NCBI GenBank assembly: GCA_965116875.1
Contig: OZ220733.1
Location: 4,192,001-4,256,000 of the forward strand
Direction of reading: 5' to 3'
Origin: Candidatus Latescibacterota bacterium
Lineage (GTDB): Bacteria; Latescibacterota; UBA2968; GCA-2709665
Length of the DNA stretch: 64,000 nucleotides
Part shown: positions 57,189-64,000 of the stretch, in pieces
Layout of the letters: each line of letters starts with the position of its first letter
How positions within the stretch are numbered: the stretch's first letter is position 1
Translations under genes and position numbers: made by a program
The notes under the pieces: generated by a model
What the model was told of the DNA's origin: nothing
The model's database searches: none
The model's input: only the letters and a program-made list of their open reading frames with translations

Positions 57189-58403
57189 ATGGTGCTCAGA
57201 ATCTCGTTTCGGAATTGCTTTCGCCAGCGACGGCGGTCGGTATTGACCCTGGCGGCGATGGCGGGGGGGTTTGCGCTGTGCTCGCTCTCCATCGGGATTT
57301 CGGATGGTACCTATCTCGGGCTGATCGAGGCGTTTACCAGGAACCGGACAGGCCACATTCAGATTCATGGTGCGGGGTACCTCGACAAACCCACCCTTTA
57401 CAATACCATCGACGAACCGGATCGGGTGGGGGAGACCATCGAATCATTGGACGTTGTCGCGGCATGGACGCCGCGGGTGTACTCTCCGGTACTGGCTGCT
57501 GCAGGAAACAGGACCGCCGGGGCGCGGATCGTTGGCGTGTTGCCCGGCCGCGAAGCACGTACAACCCGTCTCAAATTGCAAGTGTCCGCGGGTCGGTATC
57601 TGACGAACCGCTCCGTTGCGGAGGTTATGCTTGGCCATGGACTGGCAGAGGCGCTGGGTGCAACCACTGGCGGTGAGGTGATCCTGATCGGGCAGGCCGC
57701 GGACGGATCCATTGCCAACGACGTCTACCGCGTAGTGGGAATCGTGGGCGACGCCAGGGACCCGTACCAGCGCGCAGCCCTGTATATGCACCTCACGGAG
57801 GCGCAGCGTTTCCTGGAGTTGGGACGTCGTGTCCACGAAGTTGCGGTCGTGATTGCGGACGCATCGGCGTCGAAGCGTATCGCCGGTCAACTGGATGGCA
57901 TCCTGGCCGGCAACCCGGTGGAGGTCTCGCCGTGGCAGGTGGTAGAGAGGGCGTTCTACCGGGCGATGCAGGCCGACCTCCAGGGGATGTGGATATCGCT
58001 CGGTATCATCAACCTGATCGTGGCCATCGGCGTGTTGAATACCGTACTCATGGCCATTATGGAGCGTACCCGGGAATTCGGCGTGCTGCGGGCGCTGGGC
58101 ACGCGACCGGCTACCGTGTTTGTCCTGATTCTGGGCGAGACCGCCCTGCTATCGGTTTTCGGCGTACTGTTCGGCGGTGCGTTGGGCGTAATCTTCAACA
58201 CCGTCCTGGCGAAACACGGCATCGTCTACCCGACGCCCGTGGAATACGGCGGCTATGTTTTCGATCGGCTGGTCAGTATGGTTTCGTTCCGGTCGGTCTG
58301 GATACCGGCGGTGCTGACCTTTGGCACCGCCATTCTTGTGAGTCTGATCCCCGCGACACGCGCGGCCAGAGTCGCCCCCGCGAGGGCGATGCGGACGCAT
58401 TGA
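57189..58403 (+). CDS. ABC transporter permease, FtsX/LolE-like
   Basis: RN..R..RRS.LT, GHIQI, NTVLMAIMERTREFGVLRALG and PATRAARVAP motifs. Confidence 0.92.
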   Translation: MVLRISFRNCFRQRRRSVLTLAAMAGGFALCSLSIGISDGTYLGLIEAFTRNRTGHIQIHGAGYLDKPTLYNTIDEPDRVGETIESLDVVAAWTPRVYSPVLAAAGNRTAGARIVGVLPGREARTTRLKLQVSAGRYLTNRSVAEVMLGHGLAEALGATTGGEVILIGQAADGSIANDVYRVVGIVGDARDPYQRAALYMHLTEAQRFLELGRRVHEVAVVIADASASKRIAGQLDGILAGNPVEVSPWQVVERAFYRAMQADLQGMWISLGIINLIVAIGVLNTVLMAIMERTREFGVLRALGTRPATVFVLILGETALLSVFGVLFGGALGVIFNTVLAKHGIVYPTPVEYGGYVFDRLVSMVSFRSVWIPAVLTFGTAILVSLIPATRAARVAPARAMRTH

Positions 58404-58491
58404 GGAGACCCTGCACGCGTCCGAAACCGGGAGTCCCCGGTGCGCCGGGGCGGGCGCAGGCAATCCGGGTCGCACGCTGGAAGAACCCAAC

Positions 58492-59718
58492 ATGCTGTTT
58501 TTTATAAAAATGGCCTGGATGAATTCCTTTCGAAACGCACGACGGACGTTGCTTGCCGGGCTCGCCATCGGAATCGGACTGGCGGCTTTGATCTTTACGG
58601 ACGGTCTGATGATCGGGATGTCCGGCTCCATTGTACGAATTGCGACGGACACCTTCATGGGGCACGGCCAGGTACACGCGGAGGGATTCAGGAGCACGCG
58701 CGACGTGGCGCGGGTCGTGAGGGGGCTGCCCGGCGTCCTGGAACGCCTGAGGACCGACCCGCAAGTGGAACGCATTGCACTGCGGGTGCAGACGCCCGGA
58801 ATGCTGGCTTCGCCGGCCACGTCCGCTACGGTGCTGCTTTACGGGGTCGACCCTGGCCTGGAAAAGGCGTTCTCCAGGGTGGACGAGGCCATCGTAGAGG
58901 GCTCGTTCCTCGAGCGGAGCGACCGGCGAAAGATCCTGCTGGGATCGAAACTGGCGGAAGCGCTGGAGATTGGCCCGGGCGACCGGGTTGTGGTGACCGC
59001 GGCTGAGGCGCAGTCCGGTGAATTGGCCCAGGAGATGTTCCGCGTGGGGGGGATATTTCACTTTGATGTCCGCGAACTGGATGGCGGAGTGGGTTTCGCG
59101 CATATCGAGACCGTGCAGGGGCTGCTGGGACTTCCGGGTGAGGTGCACGAGATCGCCCTCCATTTCAAGTCGTTTTCGGGAAACGAGGCAGCGGATGCCG
59201 GTTTCCGGTCGCGATTCTCGCGGGACGGAAACGAAGCCAGAAGCTGGCGGGAACTGATGCCCCAGCTCAGCGCGGTTCTGGATATGTCCGGGTTCTCATC
59301 GTTGATTGTCGGCGTCATCCTGTTTGCGGTGGTTTCACTGGGCATTGTCAACACCCTGTTCATGTCGCTGCACGAACGGATGTTCGAGTACGGGGTGCTC
59401 AGGGCCGTGGGCACGCGTCCGGGGCGCATGGCGATGATGATCCTGTTCGAAGCCGGCGCACTCTCGTTGTTCAGCATCCTGATCGGATGCTGTATCGGAT
59501 TCGCTGTGACTCTTCTGTTTTCCATTCATGGAATCGACTACGCGGGCATCGAGTTTGCCGGCGTGACCATGAAGGAGATGATCTATCCGGTGCTTCGGCT
59601 GGAGCAGTTCGTCCTGTTTCCGGTGTGTGTTTTTCTCTTTACACTTGTCGCCGGAATCTATCCTGCCGTCTACGCTGCGCGGCTGAAACCAGCACAGGCG
59701 ATGAAGACGTACGAGTGA
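58492..59718 (+). CDS. ABC transporter permease, FtsX/LolE-like
   Basis: RNARRTLL, NTLFMSLHERMFEYGVLRAVG and YPAVYAARLKP motifs. Confidence 0.92.
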   Translation: MLFFIKMAWMNSFRNARRTLLAGLAIGIGLAALIFTDGLMIGMSGSIVRIATDTFMGHGQVHAEGFRSTRDVARVVRGLPGVLERLRTDPQVERIALRVQTPGMLASPATSATVLLYGVDPGLEKAFSRVDEAIVEGSFLERSDRRKILLGSKLAEALEIGPGDRVVVTAAEAQSGELAQEMFRVGGIFHFDVRELDGGVGFAHIETVQGLLGLPGEVHEIALHFKSFSGNEAADAGFRSRFSRDGNEARSWRELMPQLSAVLDMSGFSSLIVGVILFAVVSLGIVNTLFMSLHERMFEYGVLRAVGTRPGRMAMMILFEAGALSLFSILIGCCIGFAVTLLFSIHGIDYAGIEFAGVTMKEMIYPVLRLEQFVLFPVCVFLFTLVAGIYPAVYAARLKPAQAMKTYE

Positions 59719-59746
59719 ACGTAAACCGGGGAAATCGGAGTGTTGC

Positions 59747-60451
59747 ATGCCCGGAGATTCCGTGTTAATTGAAGCGGAAGGCGTGAGCAAGACCTACCGC
59801 GTGGGGGAGGTGAGCGTATCCGCGTTGAAGACCGTAGACCTCAAGATTGGACGGGGTGAGTTCACCGCGATTGCAGGCCCCTCGGGATCCGGGAAATCCA
59901 CGTTGTTGAATATTCTGAGTGGACTGGATTCGCCCACCACCGGCCGGGTGAGCCTGGCCGGTACGCCGATCAGTGAAATGGGTGGACGCGCGCTTTCGGA
60001 TTTTCGACGCGACCATATCGGGTTCATTTTTCAGGCTTTCAATTTGATCCCGGTACTCACGGTGCTCGAGAACATCGAGTACGTTCTGCTGCTGCAGGGC
60101 GTGTCGCGCCACGACCGCCGCGAACGCGTGCGGGAAATGTTGTCTACCGTTGGTCTGGAGGGGATGGAAGACAGGCGTCCTCCCCAGCTTTCGGGCGGGC
60201 AGCAGCAACGGGTGGCGGTCGCCCGGGCTATGGTATCGCGGCCGGACCTGATTCTGGCGGACGAGCCCACGGCCAATCTGGATTCCGCCACCGGCGGCGC
60301 GCTGCTGGATCTGATGAGGGAGTTGAACGAGCGCCGCCGGATGACCTTCCTGTTTTCTTCGCACGATCGAATGATCATGGATCGGGCCAAACGGCTGGTG
60401 GTGTTGAAGGATGGAAGCCTTGTACAGGATATTACCCGGAGCGGGGCGTAG
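59747..60451 (+). CDS. ABC transporter ATP-binding protein (LolD-like)
   Basis: [18 protein letters not shown] and [10 protein letters not shown] motifs. Confidence 0.95.
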   Translation: MPGDSVLIEAEGVSKTYRVGEVSVSALKTVDLKIGRGEFTAIAGPSGSGKSTLLNILSGLDSPTTGRVSLAGTPISEMGGRALSDFRRDHIGFIFQAFNLIPVLTVLENIEYVLLLQGVSRHDRRERVREMLSTVGLEGMEDRRPPQLSGGQQQRVAVARAMVSRPDLILADEPTANLDSATGGALLDLMRELNERRRMTFLFSSHDRMIMDRAKRLVVLKDGSLVQDITRSGA

Positions 60452-61691
60452 AAGCTCACGCACGCCTGCGCATGGGTTGTACCTGTGTTTACCGGTTCTC
60501 CTGGTTTTGATTCCGACGAGGGGGTCAACGGAAGAAGACCGATTCAGGCTGAGCGGATACGCGAAGACCTTCGCCATGTACCAACAGCCGGCATCCGTCC
60601 CTGAATTCCGGAATGAGGAATCCCCGCGGATATGGTTGAACCGTGTTCGCGCAAAGTTGCTCTGGCGTCCGGCGCACGTCGTTTCCGGAGAGTTCGCGTA
60701 CGAATTGTCCGTTCGAGTGACGGGGGCGTCTTCCTCAGGCGCGGCGTGGCTGGCGGCGCCCTCGCTGTTCGATTACCGGGTGAGAGACCTCGAAACCAGA
60801 CTGTTTCCCCGCGGCGACGCCACGGCCCGCGGATTTACCGCAAGTCAAAATCTGGACCGTGCGGTGGTGACGGTATCACTGCCGCGCGCGGATATCTACG
60901 TTGGCCGGCAGGTCGTCGCCTTCGGTTCGGCGCGTACAGTGAATCCGACCGACGTCGTTGCGCCTTATTCTCCGGAAGTGCTGGACAAGGAAGAACGCGT
61001 TGGGGTGGATGCCATCCGGTTGCGGGTGCCGGTTGGAACCATGGGGGAGTTGGACGCCGGTGTGGTTCCAGGGTGGGATGTTTCGACACGAAGCGGGGCC
61101 GGCTTCGTTCGCGGCGGGTTCATTTCGCACGGCGTCGACGTCTATATGATGGCAATGGGGTTCAGGGATCATCTGCTCCTCGGCCTGGATCTCGCGGGAT
61201 CGCTGGGGGACGCGGGGGCCTGGCTGGAGGCTGCGTGGACCAGGCGCCCGGACGGCCGGTCGTTTCTGCGGATTTCGACAGGACTCGATCATCAATTCCC
61301 GAACGGAATCTACGGAACCCTTGAGTATCACCTGAACGGCGCAGGTGTTTCCCGCGCACGCGACTATGCCACGCTTCGTGACGACCGGACCTATACAGCC
61401 GGAGGCGTGTTCCTGTTGGGAAGGCATTATGTGGCGCCAGGTCTGGCGTGGCAACTTACACCGCTCTGGTCGGTTCATCTGCCGGTTCTGTGGAACCTGA
61501 CGGACCGGTCCGCGTTTCTGTCGCCCGCGTTTGAGTACGGAATTCTTCAGAATGGATCCGTCTCCGGCGGCGTGCTTTTCGGGCTTGGCAGGAGTACCGG
61601 CGCGTCTCCAATGTCGGATTCAAGGGACGCTCGGTCGGAGTTCGGACCGTTTCCGACGCTGGGTTTCGTGTCCATGAGCTATTATTTCTGA
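60411..61691 (+). CDS. hypothetical outer-membrane beta-barrel protein of the ABC operon
   Basis: LDRA...GRQVVAFG...NPTD..P...[10 protein letters not shown]; aromatic C-terminus SYYF; exact start uncertain. Confidence 0.75.
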   Translation: MEALYRILPGAGRRSSRTPAHGLYLCLPVLLVLIPTRGSTEEDRFRLSGYAKTFAMYQQPASVPEFRNEESPRIWLNRVRAKLLWRPAHVVSGEFAYELSVRVTGASSSGAAWLAAPSLFDYRVRDLETRLFPRGDATARGFTASQNLDRAVVTVSLPRADIYVGRQVVAFGSARTVNPTDVVAPYSPEVLDKEERVGVDAIRLRVPVGTMGELDAGVVPGWDVSTRSGAGFVRGGFISHGVDVYMMAMGFRDHLLLGLDLAGSLGDAGAWLEAAWTRRPDGRSFLRISTGLDHQFPNGIYGTLEYHLNGAGVSRARDYATLRDDRTYTAGGVFLLGRHYVAPGLAWQLTPLWSVHLPVLWNLTDRSAFLSPAFEYGILQNGSVSGGVLFGLGRSTGASPMSDSRDARSEFGPFPTLGFVSMSYYF

Positions 61692-61831
61692 AAACCGCAG
61701 CGCGAAATGCGGCGTGAATTGCGGCGCGAATTACCAATTCGCGTTACGGGATCCGGCGCTATTGTGCGGCCGTAGCGCGAAATGGCATTTCGCGCCAAAT
61801 GATCACGTCGAACCTTGAACTGGAGAGATTC

Positions 61832-62875
61832 ATGACTGACCGGAGCGACGCTGCACACGTTCACCGGGATGCGCTGGTGATCGATTCGCACAACGATTCG
61901 ATCGTCAACCACATTCGCCGCGGGAATCTGGGGTTTTCCGGGCGTCCCCCAACCGACGGAGACCGCAGGAACGCCAGCGTGGCCGGATTGCGAGGGCTCC
62001 TGGACCGGCCGGCCCTCGAGGCCCCGGTGCAGATCGATTTTCCGAAAATGCGAGAGGGAGGCCTGGACGCCGCTTTCTTCGCCGTTGACGTCACACTTGC
62101 CTTGAAGAACCATCTGACGTACGCGCTGGATGCAATCGGGTATTTCGACTCGGAAATGGAGATGCACAGTGACGACGTCGTGTTGGCGAAGTCCCCGGTC
62201 GATATCATTCGCGCAAAGCAGGACGGCAAACTGGCCGTGATTCTGGCGATCGAGAACAGCGACGGAGTGGAGGGAAGCATAAATGTGCTTCGCATGCTGC
62301 ACAGGGTGGGCGTGCGTTCGATCGGACTGACGCACGATGTGAGCAGCCTTGCCGCGGATGGAAATGCCGAGGCGCGCAGCCGGGGCGGACTCACGCGGTT
62401 CGGCGTGCGGCTTGTGGAGGAGATGAACAGCCTGGGGATGCTGGTGGACGTTTCTCACATCAGCGAAACAGGCTTCTGGGACGTGATGGACGTTTCACAA
62501 AAACCGGTGATCGCTTCGCACAGCAACTGCAAGGCGCTCTGCGACCACCCGAGAAACCTGAGCAACGAGCAGATCAGAGCGCTGGCGAAGAACGGCGGGT
62601 CGATGGGCGTAACGTTCGTGCCCCGATTCGTGGATTCGACTGCGCCCACGTTCGCCCGTCTTCTCGACCACGTCGATCACATCGTGCAACTTGTGGGCGC
62701 GGACCATGCAGGCATCGGATCGGACTTCGACGGCGGGGGAACGCTGCTGGAGGATGCGACCTCGTTTCCGCGGATTACCGACGGATTGCTTGCCAGGGGA
62801 TATTCGGATGCCGACGTGAGAAAGATTCTCGGCGAGAACCACCTCAGGGTCTTTTCCGAGGCGACCGGGGATTGA
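61832..62875 (+). CDS. membrane dipeptidase (peptidase M19)
   Basis: IDSHND, AIEN, GLTH, DVSH, ASHSN, HPRNL and GSDFDG motifs. Confidence 0.93.
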   Translation: MTDRSDAAHVHRDALVIDSHNDSIVNHIRRGNLGFSGRPPTDGDRRNASVAGLRGLLDRPALEAPVQIDFPKMREGGLDAAFFAVDVTLALKNHLTYALDAIGYFDSEMEMHSDDVVLAKSPVDIIRAKQDGKLAVILAIENSDGVEGSINVLRMLHRVGVRSIGLTHDVSSLAADGNAEARSRGGLTRFGVRLVEEMNSLGMLVDVSHISETGFWDVMDVSQKPVIASHSNCKALCDHPRNLSNEQIRALAKNGGSMGVTFVPRFVDSTAPTFARLLDHVDHIVQLVGADHAGIGSDFDGGGTLLEDATSFPRITDGLLARGYSDADVRKILGENHLRVFSEATGD

Positions 62876-62952
62876 ATCCGGCCTGCGGATTTCAATTGAC
62901 CGGATCGCGCGGCTATCCCGTGCCCAGGCGAGTCACTTCCGTTGAGTTCCGC

Positions 62953-63822
62953 CTATCCGACAGACGGGACCTCGATTTTCTTTTTCTCGTCGATTGATTT
63001 TTCCAGCGCTTCCAGCACGGCGACCGGTTTCAGCATGGACTCCCGGGTTTCATCCGTCTTGCCGGTCTTGAACATGTCACAAAAGGCCCTCGCGCCGCCC
63101 AGATAAGGATTCTCGTCGTAGCCGATGGTGCGGTCGACGCGTCCTTTTTCGCAGATGACCGACACGTGGAATGCGCTGTGCCCTTCCGTGAAGAGATTGA
63201 GGGTGGAAACGGCGCCGCTCGACGAGTAGAGCGTGCCGGTATGGTTCTTTCCGCCCAGATTGACCTGCGCGTGAGTAACGTCGTTATCGAGCAGTCGCAC
63301 GGCCATGTCCACCTGGTGGATTCCATAGAAGAAGACGCCGCCCCACTCGGATTCGACGTCGCAGGGCCCGGTTGTAACCACCGAGACAACCCGCCCCAGA
63401 TCGGCGATGTCTTCCTTGAGCCGGCTGAAGGACTCCTGTCTGGGTAACACCGAGAAGGAGCAGACGGGGACTCCGAGTTCCGACGCGCGATCCAGGAAGC
63501 GCCTGCCCTCCTCGACCCGGTAACAGAACGGCTTGTCCACGAATACCGGGATTCCGGCCTCGATCAGCGGCCAGACCGCCGGCAGGTGATATTTCGCATC
63601 GCGATGATCCACGCAGGCGGCGTCAACCTGACCGATCATATCTTCGGGGCGCTCGACGACATTCGGAATCTGTCCCCGGTCCTGGGCGTCTTCGGCGTAT
63701 TGGGCGGCTTCGCCCCATACGTGGGTGACGCGGCAGCCCGGTACTTTTTTGTCGATGTTCAGCGTTTTCGAAATGGCGACGGTGTGGCTGTTTTCCGCTC
63801 CCACGATTCCAATGTCAATCAT
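62953..63822 (-). CDS. Gfo/Idh/MocA family oxidoreductase
   Basis: IGIVGAENSH, H..., PVFVDKPF and FFYGIH motifs. Confidence 0.85.
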   Translation of the reverse strand: MIDIGIVGAENSHTVAISKTLNIDKKVPGCRVTHVWGEAAQYAEDAQDRGQIPNVVERPEDMIGQVDAACVDHRDAKYHLPAVWPLIEAGIPVFVDKPFCYRVEEGRRFLDRASELGVPVCSFSVLPRQESFSRLKEDIADLGRVVSVVTTGPCDVESEWGGVFFYGIHQVDMAVRLLDNDVTHAQVNLGGKNHTGTLYSSSGAVSTLNLFTEGHSAFHVSVICEKGRVDRTIGYDENPYLGGARAFCDMFKTGKTDETRESMLKPVAVLEALEKSIDEKKKIEVPSVG

Positions 63823-63855
63823 CCTGCTCCTCCTTGGCTGGGTTCACGTCTGCGG

Positions 63856-64000
63856 TCAGGGTCGGGCAGGCGAGCCGTCGGGCAGGCGGGCCTGGGTCCA
63901 GTCGATGATTTCATCCTGACAGGGATACTTCGAGGCGAGATCTTCGTTGATATCGATTCCGAGGCCGGGCCGGCTGTTGGGAACCATGTAACCGCGTTTG
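63856..64000 (-). CDS. C-terminus of mandelate racemase/enolase-superfamily (RspA/mannonate dehydratase-like) protein; partial
   Basis: Manual translation ...GYMVPNSRPGLGIDINEDLASKYPCQDEIIDWTQARLPDGSPARP*. Confidence 0.75.
   Translation of the reverse strand, partial: KRGYMVPNSRPGLGIDINEDLASKYPCQDEIIDWTQARLPDGSPARP

Noticed and set aside
56634-57368. ORFs with RETAK/RIRE-type repetitive peptides
   Set aside because: Translations of the 8-mer array that overlap real genes and have no RBS; treated as a non-coding repeat
63861-63890. Direct repeat GTCGGGCAGGCG x2
   Set aside because: Lies within the coding C-terminus of the partial enolase-family gene; short GC-rich coincidence

Overview
GC-rich bacterial chromosomal window with about 55 genes. 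Housekeeping genes include a partial polyprenyl synthetase, xth, rho-rpmE-prfA-prmC, HU, ssb, prmA, threonine synthase and uvrB-nadC-birA-coaX. They are mixed with many catabolic or accessory genes: two heparinase II/III-like lyases, five xylose-isomerase-like TIM barrels, two PhyH dioxygenases, SDRs, two DUF3179 lipoproteins and a LolA-like/FtsX/FtsX/ATPase/barrel operon. This content suggests a Latescibacterota/Gemmatimonadota/Poribacteria-like organism, which is inference only. Also present are one complete IS1380-family element with a CTAG target duplication and a PAS kinase/NtrC-family pair feeding a sigma-54 promoter that drives an EIIA protein plus an alternative sigma-70 factor. The most striking non-coding signal is three families of about 160-bp palindromic miniature elements (five full copies and one remnant, one nested inside another). 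Their termini and arms are unrelated, but they share the same CAAGGCG...CAACGC(A/C)G internal-loop motif at nearly identical spacing (54-55 / 38-40 / 52-53 nt). Other notable features are a 31-unit degenerate 8-mer array (TCGYMKTY) inside the ABC operon, a candidate stand-alone structured RNA of about 100 nt, and a DksA/TraR-zinc-finger fusion two-gene operon. No rRNA, tRNA or CRISPR array was seen. All family assignments come from motif recognition by eye; no database search was run.
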